A stretch of 64,000 nucleotides of DNA. Origin: an uncultured virus (IMG/VR IMGVR_UViG_3300031673_000016) (lineage: Duplodnaviria; Heunggongvirae; Uroviricota; Caudoviricetes). The notes under the pieces were generated by a model that saw only the letters and a program-made list of their open reading frames with translations, was not told the origin of the DNA and made no database searches. Where the stretch lies: IMG/VR virus record IMGVR_UViG_3300031673_000016. One strand, written 5' to 3'. Positions 1 through 8,399 of the stretch are shown here, piece after piece; position 1 is the first letter of the stretch; the number at the start of each line of letters is the position of its first letter. The position numbers were made by a program, and so were the translations under genes.

Positions 1-240
1 GCTTGGAAACTGGCGGCCTGATAATCGGCCCCCGTGCCGCCCGCGAGGAGTCTGAGTAGCGGGTAGGCGCGTCATCACACGGACGAAAGCGGTATCCGGC
101 CTCCGTTCAAAGGGCCGGTGGTGGAGGCGCGAGCCCTGGGAGTGCTCCTGGCCCAGGGCTCCAGGAACGAAGGAGCTACGCTCGTGAACGATGCGGAAAG
201 CAGATCCCGGCGGACCCCGGTTCGACTCCGGGCATCTCCA
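1..240 (+). ncRNA. ssrA: tmRNA, 3' portion (5' end lies upstream of the window)
   Basis: Bases 1-24 read GCT TGG AAA CTG GCG GCC TGA TAA (AWKLAA**), a typical tag C-terminus, with the stops inside a GGCC/GGCC hairpin. Pseudoknot-like stems follow (GAGCCCTGGG/CCCAGGGCTC, loop GCTCCT complementary to downstream AGGAGC). The 3' end has a T-arm CCCGG-TTCGACT-CCGGG and acceptor strand CATCTCC-A, consistent with the Ala G3.U70 pair and A discriminator. CCA is not encoded. Confidence 0.92.
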
Positions 241-246
241 AATCGC

Positions 247-276
247 TTGACACCATGGTCGTGGCTCGTGTATAGA
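247..276 (+). promoter_or_regulatory. sigma70-type promoter, probably leaderless transcript
   Basis: TTGACA (247-252), 18 nt, TATAGA (271-276); ATG at 283 with no Shine-Dalgarno. Confidence 0.55.
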
Positions 277-282
277 CTAGCA

Positions 283-489
283 ATGGCGTATACACGCGAA
301 CGACGCAGAACCGAGCAGCTCAACATCCGGGTCACGCCAGAGGAGAAAGCAGAGATCCAGACCGCTGCCGTGGTACAGAAGACCACCGTTACGGAGCTGA
401 TGGTGTCGGCCACCCTTGACAAGGTGAGGCGCGAGACCAGGCCATTCGTCGGAACCCTCCGCAGGATGCTGAACGAGGGAAAGACATGA
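283..489 (+). CDS. ribbon-helix-helix DNA-binding protein (DUF1778/MobC-like)
   Basis: RTEQLNIRVTPEEKAEIQTAA..TVTELMVSATL is an RHH pattern; start moved to 283 because the longer ORF overlaps the tmRNA. Confidence 0.7.
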   Translation: MAYTRERRRTEQLNIRVTPEEKAEIQTAAVVQKTTVTELMVSATLDKVRRETRPFVGTLRRMLNEGKT

Positions 490-1145
490 GCCACGGACGC
501 AAGCCAAGCGTGGGCGGTAAGGCCAAACCGACTGGTAAGATGGGGGCAGGAAAGGTGCCGGACGGACCGCCAGCGCCGCCTCCACGCGCGCCGAAAAAGA
601 AGCGGGTCAATGCGCCGGGTATCTCGGTCGAGAAGTACAACGCCTTGCAGAAGGCATACTTCGCGAAGCAATCCATCGATGCTGCCTCGAAGGCGGTCGG
701 CGTTACCTTCCGCACGGCGAAATTCTACATCGAGGGTCCGGCGCGACCGGACGTGGGGCTGGTGCCGATCAAGGCTGCGTGGCTCGACGTCCAGGTCGAG
801 GCGCAGGAGAAGCGGCAGCTGACGCTGGTGAAGTTCCACGAGGAGCAGACGAAGGAGCTCGAGGAGATCGTCGGCACGACCATTGCGGAACTGAAGCTGA
901 TTCGTGCCGAGGTCTTCCGGCGCGTCAAGAAGTACAAGGACAGCAAGGGGATGGAGATCGAGACGGGGGCGTCGCTGTCGTCGGCGCTGAAGTCGTACGA
1001 GAGCGCGGTCCACCTGATGGAGCGCGTGCTTGGCGCGCCGGACGCGAGCATTGAGCACCGCGGCGAGGACAGGTATGGCAACTGGTCTGACGAGGACATC
1101 GTCGAGTTCATGACGTCCGGCAAGCTGCCGGACCACGCGAGGTGA
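486..1145 (+). CDS. HTH protein, probable terminase small subunit
   Basis: HTH-like SIDAASKAVGVTFRTAKFY then helical region; upstream of TerL; ATGA coupling. Confidence 0.5.
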   Translation: MSHGRKPSVGGKAKPTGKMGAGKVPDGPPAPPPRAPKKKRVNAPGISVEKYNALQKAYFAKQSIDAASKAVGVTFRTAKFYIEGPARPDVGLVPIKAAWLDVQVEAQEKRQLTLVKFHEEQTKELEEIVGTTIAELKLIRAEVFRRVKKYKDSKGMEIETGASLSSALKSYESAVHLMERVLGAPDASIEHRGEDRYGNWSDEDIVEFMTSGKLPDHAR

Positions 1146-1810
1146 TGATGGAAGACCGAACAAAGGCCGTGCGCGAGGAGTATTTCCGGAACGAAGTGCT
1201 CGGGGCGTCGAGGGACAAACTCACGAAGTTCATCGGAAAGACCATCACGCCGAATCTTCTCGTGGTTCTTGTCGGTGAAGTCACCGATGCCGTGGCCGAC
1301 GCGCTCGCTCGTCGGCAGTACCAGGCGCCGACGCGAAAGGAGTTGAAGATGGACGCAAGACTGAAAACCTTCATCGAGGCGAGTGGCCTGTTTCACGTCG
1401 CGACGCACGAGCCGGTCGATGACGAGTGGCACGGCGACATCGTCGAACACCTCGTCCGCGCCGTCGAACCGGATTCGGGTTCGGACGATCCGAGGCTCGA
1501 AGTCGTCGACGAGCTTGCCGAGGCTGAAGTGTACCGCATCGAGATCGCGATCCCGTGGACGGACATCGAGGGTCAGGATGACCCGAACCCATCGGCCGTC
1601 GCGTTGCGGATTATCGACGCGCTCCTGATTCGCTTTGCTGCTGACCTCTCGGGGCTCGCTGACTCTCTGCCAGGAGAGGGCAATACCGCGGCAATCGAGC
1701 GCATCGTGAAGGTGAAGGCGATGAACGGGTTCTCGACCAAGGAACCGGCGAGAAACGGTACCGACCTCCTTCTCCGGTTCCTCGTCAGGGCGGGGAAGGT
1801 CGACCGATGA
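1142..1810 (+). CDS. hypothetical protein
   Basis: 222-aa ORF coupled to the previous gene, typical codon usage. Confidence 0.6.
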   Translation: MMMEDRTKAVREEYFRNEVLGASRDKLTKFIGKTITPNLLVVLVGEVTDAVADALARRQYQAPTRKELKMDARLKTFIEASGLFHVATHEPVDDEWHGDIVEHLVRAVEPDSGSDDPRLEVVDELAEAEVYRIEIAIPWTDIEGQDDPNPSAVALRIIDALLIRFAADLSGLADSLPGEGNTAAIERIVKVKAMNGFSTKEPARNGTDLLLRFLVRAGKVDR

Positions 1811-2003
1811 ACGATAGCCCCCAGGCTGGCGCTCCAGGAGGCGCTCAGGAAGACGCTGGACGCCTGCCAGGTCGTCGACGTCCCTTATCCGGGCCTTCCA
1901 GGTCTTGGTCGTCGGCGGGGCTGTCAGGAGGTCGCCTGGCAGCCTGTACATTGCTGGTGTAACAGGCCACGTCCGAGGTAGGGAAGAGTAGCGGAGGGTA
2001 GCA

Positions 2004-3206
2004 ATGAACGACATCAACACCACCAACTTCGACGCCGACGACGAAGTCGAGACCAGGTTGAAGTGCGGGACGTGCCTTCGGACTGTCGACGGCGCGCTGA
2101 CCGAGGACGAGATGCTCGACCGGCTTCGCCAGGCAAAACGAGTATTTCTGCTCGAGCCTGGCTATACCAGAAAGCACGTCCCGCTAGGCCTCGCGAAAAT
2201 CGCGACCTTCGTGAAGCAGCACGGCGGGAAGGTCTGGTTCGGCCGCGGCTACTACGGTCCGCCTGTCGATCTCATCTGCGTGACGTCGCTGTTCACCTAC
2301 GATTCCGGCAAGGTCGTCGGCGCGATCAAGCACGCAGAGAAGTTCGGTCGCGGTACGCCGATCCTCGTCGGTGGCGTGTACGCGTCGCTTATGCCGCAGG
2401 ATATTAAGGCGAGGACGAACGGGAAGTCTGACCTGTTCCTCGGCTATTCTCCTGCACTCGATTACTGCGTTCCAGACTATTCTCTTCCGTGGAAGCTTGA
2501 AGCGCCGTGGGATGATTTCAGCTATAGCTTCACGTCGCGCGGCTGTCCTAACAAATGCGCCTATTGCGCGACATGGAGGATTGAATCCGAACCGTTGATA
2601 ATCCCTAACTGGCGCGATCATATTGTTGCTGAGAAGAAACACGTGATGCTAATCGATAATAATTTACCGGCAACGCCGCCGGAGCACCTCAACGAGGTCC
2701 TCGATTTTCTAGTAGCATGTGGCAAGAGGGTTAACTTTGATAACGGCTTCGACGTGAAATACATCACCGATGAAATAGCGGTACGACTCGGAAAGATCAA
2801 GTATACGCGGAGCGGAATGCGCGTCGCCTTCGACCGGATTGAGGAAGACGGCGTATTCCAGCCGGCGGTCGAAATGTTGAAGGCGCACGGAGTACCCAAA
2901 CATGAAATTATGGCCTACTGCCTTTTCAACTTTAATGATACTCCGCGCGATGCTTACTACAGAGCGCGCGAATGTGTTCGACTCGGAATTCGTCCGTACC
3001 CGCAGCAGTATACGCCGCTGAACCAGGCAGTCGACCGTCGCACGAAGCGATTCATCGGCAAGCACTGGACGGACTCGCTCGTGAAGGTCTTTCGCCACTA
3101 CTGGTTGATGGCGGGCATCTACACGAAATATTCCTTCGAGAGTTACGCGAAGGAGCAGGACAAGGTCGCGCTGACGATGGCCGACTGGGATGCGTGGAAC
3201 GCATGA
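2004..3206 (+). CDS. radical SAM enzyme with N-terminal B12-binding-like domain
   Basis: TSRGCPNKCAYC (CxxxCxxC); PLGLAKIAT and ILVGGVYASL motifs; SD GGAGG. Confidence 0.85.
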   Translation: MNDINTTNFDADDEVETRLKCGTCLRTVDGALTEDEMLDRLRQAKRVFLLEPGYTRKHVPLGLAKIATFVKQHGGKVWFGRGYYGPPVDLICVTSLFTYDSGKVVGAIKHAEKFGRGTPILVGGVYASLMPQDIKARTNGKSDLFLGYSPALDYCVPDYSLPWKLEAPWDDFSYSFTSRGCPNKCAYCATWRIESEPLIIPNWRDHIVAEKKHVMLIDNNLPATPPEHLNEVLDFLVACGKRVNFDNGFDVKYITDEIAVRLGKIKYTRSGMRVAFDRIEEDGVFQPAVEMLKAHGVPKHEIMAYCLFNFNDTPRDAYYRARECVRLGIRPYPQQYTPLNQAVDRRTKRFIGKHWTDSLVKVFRHYWLMAGIYTKYSFESYAKEQDKVALTMADWDAWNA

Positions 3207-3229
3207 CCTCAACGAAAGGACGGAAACCG

Positions 3230-3817
3230 ATGGCGAAGGACAAGACGAAGGCGACCGAAAAATCTAGCGGGTACGACAGCGCACCGGAGGCGAGCGGCGT
3301 GAAGGTGTTCTGCGCGTTCGACAAGCTCGTCGACCTGACGAAGATCGTGCCGAACCCGCGCAACCCGAACAAGCACCCGGAGAAGCAGGTCGAGCTGCTC
3401 GCGAAGATCATCATGAACCAGGGCTGGCGCGCGCCGATCACGGTGTCGAAGCGGTCCGGCTTCATCGTCCGCGGCCACGGACGGTACGAGGCCGCGAAGC
3501 TGATGCAGGTCGACGAAGTGCCTGTCGACTATCAGGACTATGTGAGCGATGCCGAGGAGTGGGCCGACCTCATCGCCGACAACCGCATCGCGGAGCTTTC
3601 GCAGATGGATACCGGGATCCTGAAGGACCTCCTCGTGGAGATCGACACCGGCGCGTTCGACATGGACCTGACAGGTTTTGACTCGAAGGCGCTCGAGGCG
3701 CTGATGAGCATCGACGGCGCGCCGCCTGACGACATGCCGGAGCACGACGAGGACGCAGCCGATGGTATCAAGACCGTCACCTGTCCGAAGTGCGGCGAGG
3801 AGTTTTCGGTAGGCTGA
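3230..3817 (+). CDS. ParB/Srx-like N-terminal domain protein with C-terminal CPKC
   Basis: PNPRNPNKH..GWRAPI..IVRGHGRYEAA..IADNRIAELS; the ParB-like type usually linked to phage DNA methylases. Confidence 0.85.
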   Translation: MAKDKTKATEKSSGYDSAPEASGVKVFCAFDKLVDLTKIVPNPRNPNKHPEKQVELLAKIIMNQGWRAPITVSKRSGFIVRGHGRYEAAKLMQVDEVPVDYQDYVSDAEEWADLIADNRIAELSQMDTGILKDLLVEIDTGAFDMDLTGFDSKALEALMSIDGAPPDDMPEHDEDAADGIKTVTCPKCGEEFSVG

Positions 3818-5319
3818 TGCACCCGAGGCCCCAGCGGAAGCCGTTCTCGTGTCGCGATGCCATCGCGGATATCGTAAATCGCGCCGACGAAGTCAAGATG
3901 CTGATCGAAGCGGGGCGGCACAAGGTGTACGACGACTGGAGCAGGATCACGTCGGGCCACGGCTACAACTCCTTGCCTGGGATCACGTCGGGGTACAGCG
4001 CCAAAAAGTACAATCCGAGTAGACCGGCGCCGACCGTCTTGCGAAACGATGGGAATCTGAACGCGTACGGCGGGATGCACTGGACTGAACGACGTCGATT
4101 CACAGCGCAAGAATACTCGCGCTTTACGTCCTTCCCTGACGAGTTCTCCTGGTTCAGGGGCCAGCATCCGACGAACCCGAAGGACTGGAAGCACACCATC
4201 TATCAGATCGGGAATTCGGTCCCACCTATGCTAATGCGTGCGATTGCCGGAGCGATTCGTCGCGAGGCGCTCGACGGAACGGAGCCGTGGATGCCAGACG
4301 AGAACATGACCTACAAGGAGATCCTCGACGACGCGTGGGCGAGGCACCTCGCGCCGCGGTCCGCGGCCGCGCCGACCCTCGTCTCGACCTTCGCCGGCTG
4401 CGGAGGTTCATCGCTCGGATACAGCGTCGCTGGGTTCCGGGAACTGCTCGCCGTGGAGTGGGACGATAACGCGGTCGAGACGTTCCGCCTGAACTTCCCC
4501 GCGGTCGATGTCTTCGCCGGTGATATCGCGAAGCTGTCAGTCGACGAGACGCTGCGAAGGATTGGCCTAGCCGAAGGCGAGCTCGACGTTCTCGACGGAT
4601 CGCCGCCGTGCCAGGGCTTCTCGACGGCCGGGAAGCGTAGGATGACCGACGAGCGCAACCAGCTGTTCCGCGAATTCGGCCGGCTGCTGTCGGGTCTTCG
4701 TCCGAGGATCTTCGTGATGGAGAACGTCAGCGGGCTGGTGAAGGGAAAGATGAAGCTCGTGTTCGTCGAGATCCTGAAAGACCTCCGGGCCCGCGGCTAC
4801 AAGGTCAGCGCGAGGATGATGAACGCGATGTGGTATCACGTCCCGCAGTCGAGGCAGCGCCTGATCTTCATCGGCGTTCGCGACGACCTCGGGATCGACC
4901 CGAGCCACCCGAAGCCCGCGGCGAAACAGGTGACGGCGGGCGAAGCGGTCGAAGGCTGCACGCCGAGCACCTTCGCGCGTCCGCTCGGTCCGCTCGCGCG
5001 CCGGCTGTGGCACACGTCGCGTCCCGGTCAGACGGAATCCGACCTGGACTGGACGCGTGGCCGCTACTTCAACAACGTGAAGGTGAATCCCGAGAAGCCG
5101 TCGCCGACGATCCCGAAGGGCTTCCCGGGCGGCGGCGGTCACACGCACTGGCAGGAGCCGCGCTCGCTTACCATCGAGGAGATCGCGAGGTTGACGTCCT
5201 TCCCCGACGAGTTCCGCTTCGTCGGTACGTTCGAGGACGAGTGGGCGTGCATCGGAAACGCGGTTCCTCCGATGCTGATGCGAGCCATCGCGGAGCACGC
5301 GAGGGGGGCGATGCTCTAG
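3817..5319 (+). CDS. DNA (cytosine-5) methyltransferase with an extra N-terminal TRD-IX-X module
   Basis: FAGCGG (I), GSPPCQGFS (IV), ENVSG (VI), PQSRQR (VIII); TSFPDEF and GN(S/A)VPPMLMRAIA each occur twice; TGATG coupling to the ParB-like gene. Confidence 0.93.
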   Translation: MHPRPQRKPFSCRDAIADIVNRADEVKMLIEAGRHKVYDDWSRITSGHGYNSLPGITSGYSAKKYNPSRPAPTVLRNDGNLNAYGGMHWTERRRFTAQEYSRFTSFPDEFSWFRGQHPTNPKDWKHTIYQIGNSVPPMLMRAIAGAIRREALDGTEPWMPDENMTYKEILDDAWARHLAPRSAAAPTLVSTFAGCGGSSLGYSVAGFRELLAVEWDDNAVETFRLNFPAVDVFAGDIAKLSVDETLRRIGLAEGELDVLDGSPPCQGFSTAGKRRMTDERNQLFREFGRLLSGLRPRIFVMENVSGLVKGKMKLVFVEILKDLRARGYKVSARMMNAMWYHVPQSRQRLIFIGVRDDLGIDPSHPKPAAKQVTAGEAVEGCTPSTFARPLGPLARRLWHTSRPGQTESDLDWTRGRYFNNVKVNPEKPSPTIPKGFPGGGGHTHWQEPRSLTIEEIARLTSFPDEFRFVGTFEDEWACIGNAVPPMLMRAIAEHARGAML

Positions 5320-6917
5320 TGAACGCGACGGCCGCACAGCTGATGGGAGTAATTCATCACAAGTACCGCGATCCGAGCGGCCACCTCCCGCGTCTTAATC
5401 GAGAGAAGTTTATCGCGACGCAGTCGAGGTCGCAGCTCATTCATCGAGCCGAGGCGATGCGCCTCCGCCACGTCATGCTTGCTCGTGAATCCGCGTCGTC
5501 GTTCATGGAGTACTGCTTCATCGACGAGACGACGACCTTGCCCTTTAAGCAGCAGTGGTTCCACGACGAATGGCACCACGCGTGGGACAGGTATCAGCGC
5601 GTGATGGTTATCGCGCCCCGCGATCACGCGAAGACGAGCAACGTGGTCGGCCGGGCGATCTGGGAGCTCGGGCGCAACCCGAACCTGCGGACGAAGATCG
5701 TGTGCGCGTCCGACGGTCGAGCCAAGGAGAGGCTGTTCGAGATCGATCAGCACCTGACGACGAACCCGAAGGTGCGCGAGGTCTTCCCGCACCTCGTACC
5801 GGATCCGGCCGCGCCGTGGAACGCGCACCGCCTGGTGCTGAAGAGGAGCGCGCGACACCGCGACGCGAGCGTCGAGGCCCTCGGTATCACGTCGACGGCG
5901 ACAGGTGGACGCGCCGACCTGCTCATCGCCGACGACGTCGTCGACCGGCGCAACGCCCTGTCATTCCCGGCGCTGCGCGAGCAGATCAAGCAGGCGTGGA
6001 AGTCGGACTGGACGAACCTCCTCGAGCCCGACTCGCGCGTCTGGTACATCTGCACGCTGTGGTCACCGTCGGACCTGTCGCACGAGCTGATGGAGAACAA
6101 GGCGTATCGCGTTCTCCGGTACGACATTGACGAGAACTTCGGCGCGATCTGGCCGGGGAAGTGGAGCGACGCTGCGCTCCGGCTGCGGTACGACGAGATC
6201 GGGAGCATCGAGTTCAACAGGGCGTTCCGCAACCAGGCCATCGACACGGAGAGCGCGCTCATCCAGCCGTCGTGGTTCAAGTTCTCCGACCTTCGGATGA
6301 ACGAGCGGTTCAACCAGATCGTCGAGCAGGAGAAGGCGATTTTCTTGACGAGCTACGATCCGGCCGGAACGCCGACGGGGAACAAGGACCAGGACTTCAC
6401 TGGAGCGTGCATCGCCGCCATCGACCGCGAGCGCGGAGACATCTACATCGTCGACGCGTGGCACCGCCGGATGTCGGTGAAGTCCATCGCGGATGTGATC
6501 CACGAGGAGGCGATGACGTACGAGCCGTGGCAGGTTCTGATCGAGAAGGCGGGCCTGGCGACGGTAGACGAGTGGGTGATGAACGAGTACCCGGAGATGA
6601 CCTCGCTCGTGAAGGTGACGAAGCCGAAGATGTCGAAGCAGATGCGGCTGCTCGGAACGACGCCGCTGCTCGAGAAGGGCAAGGTAATCTTCTCAGCGCA
6701 CCTGGACCCGAACGCCTCACGGTTCGACGGTTCGCGCGGGTCGTTAGTCGACGAGCTGATCGAGTTCCCCTTCGGAAAGCATGACGACATGGTCGATGCC
6801 TTCAGCCAGCTTGTCGGAGCAGCCCGCACGCACTTCCTTGACGTGGACGCCGACGACGGCGAGAATGTACCTGAAATCCACTTCGGCGAGGACGATGATG
6901 ATGGATACCTTTTCTAA
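5319..6917 (+). CDS. terL: terminase large subunit
   Basis: APRDHAKTS Walker A-like, LLIADD Walker B, nuclease SYDPA...KHDDMVDAFSQ; GTG start overlaps the MTase stop. Confidence 0.92.
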   Translation: MNATAAQLMGVIHHKYRDPSGHLPRLNREKFIATQSRSQLIHRAEAMRLRHVMLARESASSFMEYCFIDETTTLPFKQQWFHDEWHHAWDRYQRVMVIAPRDHAKTSNVVGRAIWELGRNPNLRTKIVCASDGRAKERLFEIDQHLTTNPKVREVFPHLVPDPAAPWNAHRLVLKRSARHRDASVEALGITSTATGGRADLLIADDVVDRRNALSFPALREQIKQAWKSDWTNLLEPDSRVWYICTLWSPSDLSHELMENKAYRVLRYDIDENFGAIWPGKWSDAALRLRYDEIGSIEFNRAFRNQAIDTESALIQPSWFKFSDLRMNERFNQIVEQEKAIFLTSYDPAGTPTGNKDQDFTGACIAAIDRERGDIYIVDAWHRRMSVKSIADVIHEEAMTYEPWQVLIEKAGLATVDEWVMNEYPEMTSLVKVTKPKMSKQMRLLGTTPLLEKGKVIFSAHLDPNASRFDGSRGSLVDELIEFPFGKHDDMVDAFSQLVGAARTHFLDVDADDGENVPEIHFGEDDDDGYLF

Positions 6918-6984
6918 CCGCGCCGCGCTCGTTGATACGGACACCGGTTCCTCGTTCACGCGGTTCGACATCGGAGGTGCGACG

Positions 6985-7527
6985 ATGACCGTGGAAATCA
7001 CAGAGCATCCCTACCGACGGCTGAAGGGCAAGGCGTTCGTGACGCTCACCGATGACATCGTGGCCCTCGTAGACGACGACGAGTGGGAACGGGTCCTTGG
7101 GCTGCGTCTCAAGCTCCCTGGTGGCTGCGAGGTTGACGTTTCTGACGCCAGGATTGACCGGGCGCTCGAGGATATCGAGGAGTGCGACGAGGACTGGCAG
7201 GACGCGGCCAAGCGTCGCCCCGGTCTGTTCGCGATCCTACCGTCGGCCGACGGCGGGAGCGGGCGGTACGGCCTCATGGTGCCTCTGGTAGTGAATGACG
7301 CAGACCTTCCACGGGTCCGAGTCCTCGTGCGTCTCGAAGTCCTTGGCCAGTCGTTCCAGGCCATCGCCCGTGGCGCCGGAGTGAAGGCGAGGGCGGAAGA
7401 CGGAACGGCAACCGCGCCGACGATCTGCAGGCACACGAAGGGCGAGATGGGGAAGACGAAGTGCCGGGGTTGCTTCCGCAGATGGTGGATAGCTGAGGCG
7501 AGGAAGGTGGGACTGCCTGATGGATGA
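6985..7527 (+). CDS. hypothetical protein
   Basis: GGAGGT SD before ATG 6985 (alternative starts 6895-6901); C-terminal Cys cluster. Confidence 0.55.
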   Translation: MTVEITEHPYRRLKGKAFVTLTDDIVALVDDDEWERVLGLRLKLPGGCEVDVSDARIDRALEDIEECDEDWQDAAKRRPGLFAILPSADGGSGRYGLMVPLVVNDADLPRVRVLVRLEVLGQSFQAIARGAGVKARAEDGTATAPTICRHTKGEMGKTKCRGCFRRWWIAEARKVGLPDG

Positions 7528-8071
7528 CGACAGAAAGCACAGGAGAGAAGCTCCGCCGCCGCGGGTCAGGCTGGCGTCGCACATCGACACGTCGAAGGCG
7601 AAGCCTGGCTGCGGTCATTGCCACGGTCGTGGAATTGTCGGCTACAAGCGCGCCGACCTCGGCGACGGGAACGGCGAGCAGCGCATCCCGGTCATCTGCC
7701 GCTGCGTGTCGCGGGCAGGGGGCGTAAAGCCGGACGAGCTCGACCGCATCTGCGCCGAGACGGCGAAACAGTTGGAGGACGGTACGTTCCACGAGCACCT
7801 GGTTGCCGACTTCCACGCGATGCCGGACGAGGCGAAGCCGCGCGTCGTTGCCGCGTTCTTCCGCGACGTCGTCGACAAGAGGCTCAGCGCCACGGCGCGC
7901 AACGCGATACAGAAAGCATTGGACCTGCTGACGAGGCGGAAGGACTGGAACGACCTCCGAAGCATGGCGATCAGAATCCTGATGCGCGACGCCGCCGACG
8001 AGACGAGCGACGAAGCCACGAAACGACTCGCGAGGAGCGCGATGGAATCCGCCCGACGCGAGATGAACTGA
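7520..8071 (+). CDS. hypothetical protein with CxxCxGxG zinc-finger motif
   Basis: CGHCHGRG...ICRC. Confidence 0.6.
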   Translation: MDDDRKHRREAPPPRVRLASHIDTSKAKPGCGHCHGRGIVGYKRADLGDGNGEQRIPVICRCVSRAGGVKPDELDRICAETAKQLEDGTFHEHLVADFHAMPDEAKPRVVAAFFRDVVDKRLSATARNAIQKALDLLTRRKDWNDLRSMAIRILMRDAADETSDEATKRLARSAMESARREMN

Positions 8072-8081
8072 GGAGGACACG

Positions 8082-8399
8082 ATGTCGATGCCAGAATTGA
8101 GGTTGATGGGGTTTCCCCTCGACGCACTCGGAACGACGGTCGAGGCGCGTACCGGGACGGTCGTCGACGCGAGGCAGCTCACGGACAAGGGCTATGACTA
8201 CACCCGCGACGCCGGCGCTGCCTTCACAGCGACGCTCGAGGGAAGCGTCAGCGGTGACAACTGGACGCTGGTCGTGGCGCTCGCGGCGTCCGGGCAGGGT
8301 GCCGTTGCGGCGCAGTACAACTACCTTCGTGTGAACTGCACGGTGGCGGGCGCGTTCGGTGCGACGACGCGACTCGTGGCGGCGGGAAAGGTTCTGTGA
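8082..8399 (+). CDS. hypothetical protein (small, beta-rich)
   Basis: SD GAGGAGG; coupled to portal. Confidence 0.6.
   Translation: MSMPELRLMGFPLDALGTTVEARTGTVVDARQLTDKGYDYTRDAGAAFTATLEGSVSGDNWTLVVALAASGQGAVAAQYNYLRVNCTVAGAFGATTRLVAAGKVL

Noticed and set aside
118..282. Upstream extension of the RHH ORF
   Set aside because: Lies inside the tmRNA and its downstream promoter
4830..5318. N-terminal extension of the terminase ORF in the ORF track
   Set aside because: Overlaps the methyltransferase in another frame and is Arg-rich noise; GTG 5319 is the coupled start
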